Below the pieces are notes generated by a model. The model was given only the letters and a program-made list of their open reading frames with translations, was not told where the DNA came from and did no database searches. This document shows positions 1 to 10,048 of a DNA stretch of 64,000 nt, one piece after another. Positions within the stretch are counted from its first letter, which is position 1, and the number at the start of each line of letters is the position of its first letter. Location of the stretch: contig JBPCLP010000020.1 in NCBI GenBank assembly GCA_051003195.1, positions 32,001 through 96,000 of the forward strand. Direction: 5' to 3'. A program made the position numbers and the translations under genes. This stretch comes from Candidatus Sumerlaeaceae bacterium. Its GTDB lineage: Bacteria; Sumerlaeota; Sumerlaeia; Sumerlaeales; Sumerlaeaceae.

Positions 1-327
1 CAATGCACTCAGTAGCTGGTAGAGAGGTGGATAAGTCGCCATCCAGAACGGCGGCTGCGCAGGATCAAGATAGAGCGATTTGCCATGCGCCACGCGCCAG
101 CCCTCATACAGCAACACACCCTCACCGAAGTTGGCTTCACCCGGATAGGAGAGCATGCTGATCCAACCTGCCAGGTTGTGCAGCATGGCAGGAGCAAATG
201 CGGCAACGCAAATCCATGGAATCCACGCCGACCATCGCAGCCAGTGTGTTGAGCTGGCACCGGGTGTGTCTGCCGGTCCCGTAGAAGTACGCGGGCGCTT
301 CTTTCCACGCCGCTGCTGCCCCGCCAT
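1..327 (-). CDS. Partial (runs off the left edge) membrane glycosyltransferase, GT-C/ArnT-PMT-like
   Basis: Not in the ORF track. Manual translation from ATG 327: MAGQQRRGKK...WIPWICVAAFAPAMLHNLAGWISMLSYPGEANFGEGVLLYEGWRVAHGKSLYLDPAQPPFWMATYPPLYQLLSAL, open to the window edge. TM helix followed by the GEG...G..LY...YPPLY pattern of GT-C proteins; starts 5 bp after the MBL gene. Confidence 0.7.
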   Translation of the reverse strand, partial: MAGQQRRGKKRPRTSTGPADTPGASSTHWLRWSAWIPWICVAAFAPAMLHNLAGWISMLSYPGEANFGEGVLLYEGWRVAHGKSLYLDPAQPPFWMATYPPLYQLLSAL

Positions 328-332
328 CCGCT

Positions 333-1004
333 TTACCCCCGAGCTTGCCGCAACCGCTCGAGCGGAGCGAGAAACGGATTGCTGCGGCGCTCCGCACCAA
401 CCGTTGTTGCCGGGCCATGCCCCGGATAGACCTGCATATCATCGGCCAGCGGCAAAAACTTGTCCGCAATCGACTGAAATAAAACCTCTTCATTGCCGCC
501 CGGCAAATCCCACCGACCCACTGCTCCTGCGAATACAAGATCTCCGCCCATGAGAATGCGATTCGCACGATTCAACAGAATGCACGAGCCCGGCGAATGA
601 CCGGGAGTGTGAGACACCTCGAACTGCAATTTTCCGCTGCCAATGGTCTGCCCGTCGGCGTACAGGAAATCCGGTTTATGTTCGCGATAGGGCAGGCCAA
701 TCCACTGTGCACCACAAAGCACCGCGCTGTCCAGCATCGGCGCATCCAACCCGTGAACCCCAATGCGGGCACGAGTCAAATCCCGCAGTTCTGCATTTGC
801 GCCAATGTGGTCAATATGTCCATGCGTGTTGAGAATCAATTGCGGACAGAGTTTCTGCTCCGACAAAAACGCCCAGATGCGCTCGACCTCTCCACCTGGA
901 TCGATAACGACGCAATCCGCGTCGCCGTTCCACAGAACGTAGCAGTTCTCCTCAAGCGGAGTGACCACCAGGGTGTGTATCTGGACGTCGGGTTTGCCAG
1001 GCAC
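333..1004 (-). CDS. MBL-fold metallo-hydrolase (glyoxalase II/YcbL-like)
   Basis: THGHIDH, HTPGHSPG, GDLVF and YPGHG motifs. Start estimated at GTG 1004, just after the upstream gene's stop. Confidence 0.9.
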   Translation of the reverse strand: MPGKPDVQIHTLVVTPLEENCYVLWNGDADCVVIDPGGEVERIWAFLSEQKLCPQLILNTHGHIDHIGANAELRDLTRARIGVHGLDAPMLDSAVLCGAQWIGLPYREHKPDFLYADGQTIGSGKLQFEVSHTPGHSPGSCILLNRANRILMGGDLVFAGAVGRWDLPGGNEEVLFQSIADKFLPLADDMQVYPGHGPATTVGAERRSNPFLAPLERLRQARG

Positions 1005-1009
1005 GGCGA

Positions 1010-1834
1010 TTACAGCTCGTCCGCGAAATCGCGCGCGAGCCGGCGAAACAAAAGCCAGCCAGTGACAGTAAGCGCCGTTGCAACCACAGCGGCAATACCC
1101 AGGAACAGCAAGAGACGAGCATCCGATATTTCGACACTGCCTCCATGATATAATGTTACTCGCCGAACGCCGACGAGAATGGGTGCAACAGGGTTCAACA
1201 TGTACGCGGCAGCCCACATCGGCCCGAGTTTCTCATGAAGCTTCGCATAGGCGGTCGTGAGAGGATAAATGACCGGCGTAATATAAAAAAGCGCCATGCC
1301 GCCAAGCTCGAGAGCGCTGCCGACATCGCGGTAGTACACATTCAGCGATGATAAATAAAGCGCGGCCCCAAGTACAAGCAGCGCCTCCAGCGCGATGATC
1401 ACCGGCAACAGCAGCAGCTCCCAATGAAACCCAATACCGCTGACGAGCAGAAGCACCAGCACCAGCAGCATGGCCAAAGCGAAGTGAACTCCGTTCGCCA
1501 GTATTGCGGAAATGGGGAAGACCTCTGCATCCAGCCGAACTTTCTTAAGCAGGTTTGCGTTAATGGTGAGCGAGTGCGTAGCGTCGGTCAACGCACCCAG
1601 AAAAAAATTCCACGCGAGCACGCCAACGAGGACGTGCATCCAGTACGGCACGGGCAGACCCCCAAACTGGTTCGGAAGTATTTTATAAAATACGACCCAC
1701 AGAATGAAAGTTAGAAACGCAGGGCGCAGCAGCGACCAGAAAAATCCCAGCACACTATCCTTATAGCGCGCTTTAAGATCACGTTTTGCCAGGCTGAGTA
1801 CCAGCTCGAGCTGCTGGCGAAACGGACGGGTCAA
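1010..1834 (-). CDS. ABC-2 type polysaccharide export permease (Wzm/TagG-like)
   Basis: RDLKARYKDSVLGFFWSLLRP, NANLLKKV, YYRDV, FYITPVIYP, LNPV; multiple TM helices. TTG start overlaps the GT4 stop. Confidence 0.9.
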   Translation of the reverse strand: MTRPFRQQLELVLSLAKRDLKARYKDSVLGFFWSLLRPAFLTFILWVVFYKILPNQFGGLPVPYWMHVLVGVLAWNFFLGALTDATHSLTINANLLKKVRLDAEVFPISAILANGVHFALAMLLVLVLLLVSGIGFHWELLLLPVIIALEALLVLGAALYLSSLNVYYRDVGSALELGGMALFYITPVIYPLTTAYAKLHEKLGPMWAAAYMLNPVAPILVGVRRVTLYHGGSVEISDARLLLFLGIAAVVATALTVTGWLLFRRLARDFADEL

Positions 1835-3081
1835 CCCGCGAGTGCCCCGGCCGAGGGTGCCGCGTTCGCAGTGCCGCATTCTGGCTGCCGCGCTTCTATC
1901 GTCGTACTTGTGTCGGCGCCCATCTTTTCGTACAACTGCATGATTGCGCGAACGTTACATTCCCACGTGTAGCGCTCCAGCACACGTTCCCTGGCTGCGG
2001 CACCACGCACTTTTGCGGCCTCAGGATTCTCAAGGCACTCTATGATTCGCTGGGCCATTCCGTTTCCGTCGCCACGTTCGAAAAATAAACCCGCCTGTTC
2101 GTTGTGCCCGAACACCTCGTTCACCGACGGCGAACGCGCAGCGACGATTGGTTTCTCCATGGCGGCAAACTCAAAGAACTTGGTCGGAGACGACCAATCC
2201 TGCGTGTCCGCAATCAGGCAAACGTCCATTGCAGCTAGAAAAGAGGGGACGCGATGATGGGGAATGCTGCCATAGAAATTCAAGTGCTGCTCAAGTTTCT
2301 CTTCGCTTGCCCGGGCGCGTAATCGCTCAACGCGTTCATCCTCTCCACCTACGGCCAGTATCGTGCATGGCACATTGTGGTCTCGAAAATATCGGGCCGC
2401 ATGAAAGAACAGGTCGACTCCGTGCCACGCGGTCAGCGTTCCGGCGTAGCCAGCTACCTTGCGCCCTTTAGCCAGCCGACGGACCTCTTCTGCCGGCTCG
2501 ACCGACGGATGAAATATATCCGCATCCACCGCCACAGGTGAGATCACGAACCCTGTCATCTTCTTTTCGTCCAGCCGCGCCGATTCGATCATAAGGCGTT
2601 TCAGTGTTTCTGAAACACAGATGATCGCCCCTTCGCGCCGCCAGAGCGAATTCTCCACATGTTGCGCTATGCCAGGCCAGTGCAGCCGGTCCCGCTGTTC
2701 CCGCGCCAATAACGTGTTCACCTCCAGGATGCGCGGCATGTTAAATCCGCGGCACACCCGCTGGCCTGCAGTCTGGTACAAGGAATAGCGCTCGTAAACA
2801 GCATGCGGTTTGATATCCTTGATCAGCTGTACCAATCGCGTTCGAATGCGGCGATTCAGTCCAATGTAGCGCAGATCCGACCCCAGCCACCTGGCTCGCG
2901 GGGGTTTCACCTGGACCACAGGAACATATACGTGGCTCAGCTCACCCGGCGTGGGTGTCACAAGCGTGACCTCATGGCCAAACCGCTGCAGGGCATGGCA
3001 TGTCTCGCGAACGTGAGTTGCCGCGCCCTTACGGCCGCCAATCTCGACGCCAATATCCCCGCTGATGTAGATTATCCGCAT
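1831..3081 (-). CDS. Glycosyltransferase family 4 (GT-B)
   Basis: GHEV, YERY, LEVN, AGTL..WHG, SPTKFFEFAAMEKPIVA and YTW motifs. Confidence 0.9.
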   Translation of the reverse strand: MRIIYISGDIGVEIGGRKGAATHVRETCHALQRFGHEVTLVTPTPGELSHVYVPVVQVKPPRARWLGSDLRYIGLNRRIRTRLVQLIKDIKPHAVYERYSLYQTAGQRVCRGFNMPRILEVNTLLAREQRDRLHWPGIAQHVENSLWRREGAIICVSETLKRLMIESARLDEKKMTGFVISPVAVDADIFHPSVEPAEEVRRLAKGRKVAGYAGTLTAWHGVDLFFHAARYFRDHNVPCTILAVGGEDERVERLRARASEEKLEQHLNFYGSIPHHRVPSFLAAMDVCLIADTQDWSSPTKFFEFAAMEKPIVAARSPSVNEVFGHNEQAGLFFERGDGNGMAQRIIECLENPEAAKVRGAAARERVLERYTWECNVRAIMQLYEKMGADTSTTIEARQPECGTANAAPSAGALAG

Positions 3082-3189
3082 GCGGCAGTTTCGTGGGACG
3101 TTGTGGATACCGTGCTGCTCATTCGCTCATGTGTGCAGGCGGGCACGCTCGCAGCGCAAGAACGAGTTTTTGTCAGTCCAATAGAATGT

Positions 3190-3669
3190 TCAGGCGGCAG
3201 AAAATAAAACAGCCGGCTCCGCAGCCGAGGCTATCGCGTAACAGGCAACCGGCTGAGACTCCGGAAGCATACTGGTTTGCGGACCTGGAGCGTTAAAGGC
3301 GAGAGTCGCCGCGGCCGCGATACCCACCGCGATGGCGCCAAGCGTCAAAATCATTAAAACGTAACCGGTTGTGCGCAGTGCGACGGAATCCGTCGCAGTA
3401 AACTTATCCCGAAGCACCTGAATGCTGCGAAACGCGCTCTTCTTTTCTGCTTCGCGATCAAGGCGTTCGGCAAGGCTGCGCGAAAACTCGCGCCACTGCG
3501 AGGAACTGGGCTGCTCCGGTTTGTAATGTTGGAGTATCCGAAAAGCCGGCGAAACCTCCACAAGCTCTTCCTCCGATGCGCGGCGGATCTTCAGCCGGAC
3601 GCCTGTCGGGGTGTGGTTGCCCGGCGCTTGTTTGTGTTCCTGCCTGAGTCGGTCCGATGGTGTATTCAT
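3190..3669 (-). CDS. Hypothetical single-TM protein, candidate anti-sigma factor
   Basis: Start overlaps the ECF sigma stop; charged N-terminus followed by one hydrophobic helix (YVLMILTLGAIAVGIAAAA). Confidence 0.55.
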   Translation of the reverse strand: MNTPSDRLRQEHKQAPGNHTPTGVRLKIRRASEEELVEVSPAFRILQHYKPEQPSSSQWREFSRSLAERLDREAEKKSAFRSIQVLRDKFTATDSVALRTTGYVLMILTLGAIAVGIAAAATLAFNAPGPQTSMLPESQPVACYAIASAAEPAVLFSAA

Positions 3670-4301
3670 ATGGGTCTTATATCCCTCAGTATGTCCCTTA
3701 GACGCATCTGGGCACGGTGGAGATGACGCTTAACTGCACCGTCGCTGCATTTTAATACGTCAGCAATCTCTTTGAGCTCGAGGTCCTGGTAATAGCGCAA
3801 TACAAAAACGTCGCGCTGGCGAGCGGAGATTTGCTCCAAGCCTGACAGGATACGCCGTTGAATTTGCTTCTGATACACAGATTCCCGCTGACGTGGGTCA
3901 ACAGTGCCTTCCGGCGGCGGGGCCTGCGTGTCCTCGGTCCCGTCATCCGGGACTTCAGACAGCGAAATATTTCCCCAATGGCGTTTTTCACGCCGGATAT
4001 GGTCGATACAGGAGTTTAAGACAATGCGGTGCAGCCATGTGGAAAACTTTGCCCGGCCTTTATACGAGGAGAGCGCCCTGAAGGCGCGCATAAACACTTC
4101 CTGCGAAACATCCATGGCGTCATCGGTGTTACGGGTTAATTGCCATGCAGTGGCGTATACCTGGTCGCGGTAGAGGAAGACGATCTCGTCGAATGCTTCC
4201 CGATTTCCCGCCACGGCAAGCTGGACCAGCGGCAGCACTTCGGGTTCTCCCATCTTTGACGCAGGGGTACGGGAGGAGTCGTGGGCACCGGCAAAGGACA
4301 T
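3666..4301 (-). CDS. ECF sigma-70 family RNA polymerase sigma factor
   Basis: Region 2 DAMDVSQEVFMRAF...FSTWLHRIVLNSCID; region 4 RDVFVLRYYQDLELKEIADVL...VKRHLHRA. Confidence 0.93.
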   Translation of the reverse strand: MSFAGAHDSSRTPASKMGEPEVLPLVQLAVAGNREAFDEIVFLYRDQVYATAWQLTRNTDDAMDVSQEVFMRAFRALSSYKGRAKFSTWLHRIVLNSCIDHIRREKRHWGNISLSEVPDDGTEDTQAPPPEGTVDPRQRESVYQKQIQRRILSGLEQISARQRDVFVLRYYQDLELKEIADVLKCSDGAVKRHLHRAQMRLRDILRDIRPI

Positions 4302-4366
4302 GGTTCTAACTCGAAAAGTAAGTAACAGGACATTAACTACGCCAGCAAAAAAGCGTAGGGCAAGCC

Positions 4367-4864
4367 TTACAGGGAGCGAGCCATGGACGCCAGCGCACGC
4401 TCACTGGGATAACTTTGTGCGTAGTACAACATGCCTGCAATGCCAAAGCCCAGCAAAACAGCCGCCTGGCCATTCAGGAGGAAGAGAACAAAGCCGAGGA
4501 TTACCACAGCTTCGCTCAACAGCATCAGCTTGAACGTACGGCGTGTATAGATGCGCAACAGTTGATAAGTGCTCTTGGCAGTTCGGCGCATTTCCTCTTC
4601 GTGCTTACGCCGAACCAGGAACATGACACCCTGCACCGCCAGCGCCAGGACGGCGCAACACATGACAGCTGCGCGATACTGGCCCATGGGCAATTGCGCA
4701 AACCCCATGTCTTTCGCGGTGAAATACATCTGCTGGATGAACTGTGAAAAGAGCATGTAAAGAATGGGGCTGGCGCAGCAAAGGCCCCAGGTAATCTTTA
4801 AACGGTTTAAATCATCACGGACGGACTCGAGTTGTGGGTAGCGAGGGACTGCCTGACCATTCAT
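4367..4864 (-). CDS. Hypothetical membrane protein (about 4 TM)
   Basis: 165-aa ORF with four hydrophobic segments, co-oriented with its neighbours. Confidence 0.65.
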   Translation of the reverse strand: MNGQAVPRYPQLESVRDDLNRLKITWGLCCASPILYMLFSQFIQQMYFTAKDMGFAQLPMGQYRAAVMCCAVLALAVQGVMFLVRRKHEEEMRRTAKSTYQLLRIYTRRTFKLMLLSEAVVILGFVLFLLNGQAAVLLGFGIAGMLYYAQSYPSERALASMARSL

Positions 4865-5041
4865 TTTACAACACCAACCTGGTTTAGAGATAAAGCGATA
4901 TCGACGTTAAAACAGACGCCGCGCCGTTTCAAGCGCAATCTTGCGTCAGGCGCGCGGCAAAAGAAGGGTCTAGCAAAAAGGGGAAGTAACAGCGTTTCCG
5001 GGCGGGTAACTCGTGCTTAAAGCCCGGGAATCGAAAGGGGT

Positions 5042-5314
5042 TTATGCGGTCTCAGCTGCCGCTGCTGCGGGACGGATGTGGATGACGCGACGGCCGCGGC
5101 TCTCCGCATATTCCACAACACCGCTGATCTTGGCAAACAGGGTATCGTCCTTGCCACGGCCAACGTTTACGCCGGGGTGAAACTTCGTGCCGCGCTGCCG
5201 CATCAGAATGCTGCCACCGGGCACCGTCTGCCCGCCAAATGCCTTGGCGCCGAGCCGCTGGGAATTACTGTCGCGGCCGTTTCGGGAACTGCCTACGCCT
5301 TTTTTGTGTGCCAT
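5042..5314 (-). CDS. rpmA: 50S ribosomal protein L27
   Basis: [24 protein letters not shown]...[23 protein letters not shown]. Confidence 0.99.
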   Translation of the reverse strand: MAHKKGVGSSRNGRDSNSQRLGAKAFGGQTVPGGSILMRQRGTKFHPGVNVGRGKDDTLFAKISGVVEYAESRGRRVIHIRPAAAAAETA

Positions 5315-5361
5315 TTCAATCTGCTCCGTAAATACTTGTAAGGGGTTTGATTCGGGCCGGT

Positions 5362-5676
5362 TTACTGGCCGCCGCTGATTTCGCCAATCTGGACGTCTGT
5401 GTAGTCCTGGCGGTGGCCGCGCATCTTTTCATAGCCCTGCCGGCGTTTAAACTTATACACGAGAATCTTCTTCTCGCGGCCATGGCGCAGGATCTTCGCC
5501 GTGACTTTCGCATCCGAAACAAGCGGAGCGCCAAACTTCGGGCTGTCTCCGCCGAGGGTCAAAACCTCATTAAATTCAACATTGCTGCCGATTTCGCCTT
5601 CGAGATTATGAAGGCGCAAAACCTGGCCAGGGTTGACTTTGTATTGCTTGCCGCCCGTGCGAATGACCGCGTACAT
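5362..5676 (-). CDS. rplU: 50S ribosomal protein L21
   Basis: [14 protein letters not shown]...[26 protein letters not shown] before ATG 5676. Confidence 0.99.
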   Translation of the reverse strand: MYAVIRTGGKQYKVNPGQVLRLHNLEGEIGSNVEFNEVLTLGGDSPKFGAPLVSDAKVTAKILRHGREKKILVYKFKRRQGYEKMRGHRQDYTDVQIGEISGGQ

Positions 5677-5762
5677 GTTTCTGATTCCTCTGAGTTTATG
5701 CTTGCGCAATGCATCGCATCGCCGCTGAAGCCAACGTACCTACCGGGCCCCCACCGCCGTAT

Positions 5763-7061
5763 TCATGCACGCTGGGATTGATCTGCGTCACCCGCCTTGA
5801 CGAACAACAGTACAATGGCGCCGGCGAAAAATAGCAGCGACAGCGCCAATATCGAGGCACGCGAGTTTCCGGTCAGCTTGCCCGCGACGCCCATCAGCAT
5901 GGGCCCAATCAAGGTGGCAAAGCGGCCAAGCATATTATAGAAACCGAAAAACTCGGTTACCCTGTCCTGGGGGATCAAGCGTGCGTAGAACGCGCGGCTG
6001 AGTGATTGCACGCCACCTTGCACCAGACCGATCGCGATCGCAAGCCCGTAAAATTCCTTCTCACTCGTCATATACGCGCCCCAGAAAGTGACGAAGCAAT
6101 AGACCGCCAGTCCCACGTAAATGCCCGCGCGAGTGCCAATTTTGTCGCCCAGCCGGCCAAAAGCGATTGCTGCCGGGAAACCGACGAACTGCACAATAAG
6201 CAGGGCCTTAATCAGGCTGTCAGTGGAGAACTTCAGCGAGGCTCCGTAGTCGACCGCCATCACTACAATGGTATTCACCCCGTCTATGTACAGCCAGTAG
6301 GCCAGCAGGAAGAGCATGACGGGCTTCAGCGTTCGGACATGTCGGAATGTTTCGCGCAACTGCCGCAGGCCGGCGCCGATCGCGTCGCGCATCGGGGCGC
6401 GGTTCACCACCTTGGGCTCTGGCACGTTGAGGATCAGCGGCAATGTGAAGAAAAGCCACCATCCCGCAACGATCAGGAAGCTTGCACGCACGGCCGATGC
6501 TTTGTCTGCGATGCCGAACAACTCCGGCTTGAGTGTGAGAAATACGTTAAAGGCAAACAGGAGCCCGCCGCCAAGGTAACCCATTGCAAAGCCGAGTGCC
6601 GAAATGCGATCGGTGCTTCGACCGCGCGCCATGTCCACCAGCATGGAATCCGAAAACACATTCGCTCCAAGATACCCGATGATGCCGATCATGAAAACCA
6701 GGCCGGCTACCTGGTAATTTCCGTAACCCACGAAGTGAAGCCCGGCTGAGGCCACAATGCCAATACTGGCAAAGAAGAGCAGAAAACGTTTCTTTACCCC
6801 ACCGCGGTCCGCAATTGCACCGAGTATCGGAGCAAGCAGCGCCAGCACCAGTCCGGCACCTGAATTGAACATGCCAAGTTCGTAAGTGCTCTGAGTCGCC
6901 GGCACATCCGGGCGCCAATAGCTTTTGTAAAAGATCGGAAAGAATGAAGCCAGTACGGTTGTGGCGAAAGCGTGGTTGGCCCAGTCGTAAAATGCCCATG
7001 AAATAATTTTCTTCATGGGCGGACGCTGGACCATCGCCGCCGGAGTATCGGTGCTCATCAC
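5763..7061 (-). CDS. MFS transporter (UMF1/Atg22-like)
   Basis: SWAFYDWANHAFATTV, GAIAD, GYLGG, DGVNT, GGVQSLSR, EFFGFY; about 12 TM. Confidence 0.9.
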   Translation of the reverse strand: MMSTDTPAAMVQRPPMKKIISWAFYDWANHAFATTVLASFFPIFYKSYWRPDVPATQSTYELGMFNSGAGLVLALLAPILGAIADRGGVKKRFLLFFASIGIVASAGLHFVGYGNYQVAGLVFMIGIIGYLGANVFSDSMLVDMARGRSTDRISALGFAMGYLGGGLLFAFNVFLTLKPELFGIADKASAVRASFLIVAGWWLFFTLPLILNVPEPKVVNRAPMRDAIGAGLRQLRETFRHVRTLKPVMLFLLAYWLYIDGVNTIVVMAVDYGASLKFSTDSLIKALLIVQFVGFPAAIAFGRLGDKIGTRAGIYVGLAVYCFVTFWGAYMTSEKEFYGLAIAIGLVQGGVQSLSRAFYARLIPQDRVTEFFGFYNMLGRFATLIGPMLMGVAGKLTGNSRASILALSLLFFAGAIVLLFVKAGDADQSQRA

Positions 7062-7135
7062 GCGGGAAGAATCAGAAAGAACACAGTTGAAGCAATGGCA
7101 AAGTCTGGCTCAGCCGAGCACGCACAAAACGGGCG

Positions 7136-7192
7136 ATCTGCACCGCCGCAGTACCGGTGCAGATTCGGGCCGTGCAGATTCGGGCGGTGCGG
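7136..7192. repeat. Intergenic hairpin overlapping a short tandem repeat
   Basis: ATCTGCACCG (7136-7145) / CGGTGCAGAT (7155-7164) perfect 10-bp inverted repeat; GTGCAGATTCGGGC at 7157 and 7172 (15-bp period). Confidence 0.6.
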
Positions 7193-7227
7193 CTACGGTT
7201 GCGGTGCGACTTCCAATTGGGCGCCTG

Positions 7228-7422
7228 TCATTTCGCATCGATCTCCACAAACAGGATTCGAAATGAACCCTCGCCATGGCGTTCCGCAAACACGCGCTTC
7301 AGCTCAACGGAGGTCAGCACCTCGTGTACCTCCTCGGCCTTTGTCAGCAGCGCCTGTCGCACAGCGTCCTCGAACGCTTCCTGGATCGACATGTTGATCG
7401 ACTTACCTGTAAATTTTGGCAT
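7228..7422 (-). CDS. Small protein, dodecin-like
   Basis: 64 aa MPKFTGKSINMSIQEAFEDAVRQAL...; the G.S..S.EEA...A...A pattern resembles dodecins; AAAGGA RBS upstream. Confidence 0.5.
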   Translation of the reverse strand: MPKFTGKSINMSIQEAFEDAVRQALLTKAEEVHEVLTSVELKRVFAERHGEGSFRILFVEIDAK

Positions 7423-7501
7423 GGATGTCTGCTTTCCTTTATTCTCACCCGAAACCGGGTCCGAAGTCTTTGCCAGATAGCTCCTGCGGATCACTTCGAC
7501 G

Positions 7502-9982
7502 TTAGTCTATATCGTTCCACGGCTTTACTGGCGCGGCCCCCAGCAGCTTTACGGGTTTCCAGTCGTCGCCAACGGGAGGCTGATTGCGCCACGCGGCCGT
7601 CTCCTGCTTCAGGTCCATGGTTCGCCACTGGTCGTCACCCGTAAGCTCGATGGTACTGCCGTCGCGCAGCCTGATAACCAGTGAAAACAGAACCCCCGCG
7701 GCACCCCACTCGTTGCTCGCCTGCACAGCGATGAAGTTGCGACCTTTCTTCAGCTGCACATTTACATCCTTATCTGCCGAGCCGGTACCGAAATTCGCGT
7801 CCGCCGCACTCCGCCCGTTGATAAACGCCCGGCCGTTATCGTCGCAGAACAGCCGCAACTGCGCTTTCATAGGGTCACTTGCCAGCTCCAGCTCGCGCAC
7901 GAAATACTTCGTGGATGTAGTCGAAGCCTGCTGCGGATCGGGCTCAGGATACCAGAACCATACGCCCTTCATCGGCGGATAGTTTGCGAGCTCACCCGCC
8001 TGCAGTTCAACAAGGAAACCTTGCAGCTGTGCGATCTGGTTTTGCAGCCGAGTCAGGTTATCATCGAGCTTTGGATATTTGTTTCGGCGCAGCCAAAGTC
8101 CCGTGTATTCGCCGGTAATGTCCGTCAGCTCATCGCGCAGCCCGGCAAGCTGTAGTTGCATGCGCACCTGTGTTTCGCCGGGCAGTTCCCCTGATCGCTG
8201 TTTCTGCAAGGTGCGCGCGATTTCATCCAGGGTGACAATCCGGCTGGCCAGATAGTGCACCCGCTTAAGGCAATGCGCCAGCACAGCGATGTGTTCTTCG
8301 TTGTAGAGAGACCTTGCGTTATAAGAGGCGAGATCCTTCTGCACGCGCTCCGCCTGTGTCAGAAGTTTTTGCATCGATGTCACCAGGTCCGCACGGGCCA
8401 CCTTGATTCGAATGTTCTGGTGCAGAAGCGCGTTCCAGTTGCCGATCCCCTCAGGAAGCGCCCATCCAAGAAACGTCTCCGCAGCGAGAACCGGCGGCGC
8501 TTCCCGCCCGTATTGTTGCACGACATATCGCCTGAGAAAACTATCACGAGAGGGCGCAGTCGTTTCCCATTCCGTGGCGGCAGAATATGCGAACCCTGTC
8601 ATATTGTTCTCGCGCAGGTTCTCGGCTCCATTGTCACCCCACGATGAAGTAATGGACCCAATAGCACCATGCGCGCGGCCGGCCGCCGTCAGCTCGGCGA
8701 TGTTTGAGAATCCGCTGCGATAGTTCGGGTAAAATGTGGACCAGCTCCAAAGCCCCGGGCTCGTGATGATCCAGTTAAAGCCCATGTCGCGGAGCTTTTT
8801 GACGCTCGGAAATGGGCCACGTGGATTATAATGCCAATCGACAATCGTGCAATCCTTTGGCAGCACTTCGAGCGAATCCGGATGGTTGAGCAGCATGTCG
8901 CCGTAAAGCAGCATCTTGCGTCCGCGGGAAGTAAGGTGGTCGTGCAACCGGGTGAAATATTCTGCATGTAATTTGCCGACGCCGATTTCCTGCACACGTG
9001 CTTTCGATGTCCCCTTGCCGACATCCCACGACTCATCGCCCGCGATATGGAAGAACGGCGCATTCGGCGTCGCGTCGACCAGTTCGTCGACAAGCCTGGT
9101 CACGAACTCAAAGGCTTCAGGATTCACGGGCGAGAAGGACCAGGGTTTATCCTCCTCTCCCTGCAGCTCCGCATATTTGCGGTTTTCGGGGAGGCTGAGC
9201 AACCGATCCTGGTGTCCCAGGGTCTCAAAAACCGGAGCGACCAGGACATGATGGCGCTTTCCCTCTTCCACCATCGCCGCCATTTCTGTTTTTGTAATCG
9301 CGCCGCGGTCAGCACCGATATTCGGATCCGTCTCGAACTGGAACATGTCCTCAATGTAGGGCTGATAGAGGTTCTTTTTATAAAATGCGAGCTGGCGTAT
9401 GATCGCGTGAAAATCTTCGACCGTGGAAACCTGGCCGCGACTGATATCGTCCGAAACGCCGCGCAGTCCCAGGTCCGGGTAATCCATGATCGTAAGACAT
9501 GGGAGTTCCTTGCCGCCATACGCGACGATCAACTGACGAAACGTCTGCAAACCATAGAAGCGTCCCATGGCCGACGGACCCTGTATGAGAACGCGTCTGC
9601 GTTCTATCGTCAGCCTGTAACCCTGGTCGAGGAACAGCGGCGGAGCATCGGCGGTCAGCGGCCCGGTGGTCAGCACGAGGTCAAAGAGTGGACCGTGCGT
9701 GCGCGCGCTCCCATCCAGTTTGAGCTCGGGAAACTCGCTGGCAACAATCTGCACCGCCTCTTCGTCTTTTGGATCACCCGTCTCAAACTTCACGCGCCAC
9801 TGAACGTTGTTCAGCCGCATCTTGCCCGGCAGCCATTGCACCTCGCGAGGCATAGGCACCAGCATGAGGGATTCGATTGTGCGTGGTTGAGCTACGACAG
9901 ATGTGCAAAAACCGAGAATCACTACGACCAGCATGAATGAGGAACACAGGCGGAAGGGCAAGAAGGGCCTCCATTTAGTCAT
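7502..9982 (-). CDS. Exported GH20 beta-N-acetylhexosaminidase with C-terminal beta-sandwich domain
   Basis: Signal peptide; GRFYGLQTFRQL, DYPDLGLRGVSDDISRG, ETLGH, catalytic FHIAGDE, WGDNGAE. Confidence 0.88.
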   Translation of the reverse strand: MTKWRPFLPFRLCSSFMLVVVILGFCTSVVAQPRTIESLMLVPMPREVQWLPGKMRLNNVQWRVKFETGDPKDEEAVQIVASEFPELKLDGSARTHGPLFDLVLTTGPLTADAPPLFLDQGYRLTIERRRVLIQGPSAMGRFYGLQTFRQLIVAYGGKELPCLTIMDYPDLGLRGVSDDISRGQVSTVEDFHAIIRQLAFYKKNLYQPYIEDMFQFETDPNIGADRGAITKTEMAAMVEEGKRHHVLVAPVFETLGHQDRLLSLPENRKYAELQGEEDKPWSFSPVNPEAFEFVTRLVDELVDATPNAPFFHIAGDESWDVGKGTSKARVQEIGVGKLHAEYFTRLHDHLTSRGRKMLLYGDMLLNHPDSLEVLPKDCTIVDWHYNPRGPFPSVKKLRDMGFNWIITSPGLWSWSTFYPNYRSGFSNIAELTAAGRAHGAIGSITSSWGDNGAENLRENNMTGFAYSAATEWETTAPSRDSFLRRYVVQQYGREAPPVLAAETFLGWALPEGIGNWNALLHQNIRIKVARADLVTSMQKLLTQAERVQKDLASYNARSLYNEEHIAVLAHCLKRVHYLASRIVTLDEIARTLQKQRSGELPGETQVRMQLQLAGLRDELTDITGEYTGLWLRRNKYPKLDDNLTRLQNQIAQLQGFLVELQAGELANYPPMKGVWFWYPEPDPQQASTTSTKYFVRELELASDPMKAQLRLFCDDNGRAFINGRSAADANFGTGSADKDVNVQLKKGRNFIAVQASNEWGAAGVLFSLVIRLRDGSTIELTGDDQWRTMDLKQETAAWRNQPPVGDDWKPVKLLGAAPVKPWNDID

Positions 9983-10048
9983 GATGAAACCGCACCCTAT
10001 CGGCAATTATACAGGCAATAGATTTACTGGCAGGGGCGGCACACGGTT

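Noticed and set aside
5315..5361. Absence of the prp protease gene between rplU and rpmA
   Set aside because: Normal for lineages whose L27 starts MAHKK without the cleavable extension.
7502..7530. GH20 C-terminus VKPWNDID as a fourth DW-type tag
   Set aside because: It lacks the acidic residue before W and the terminal aromatic; more likely part of the preceding domain.
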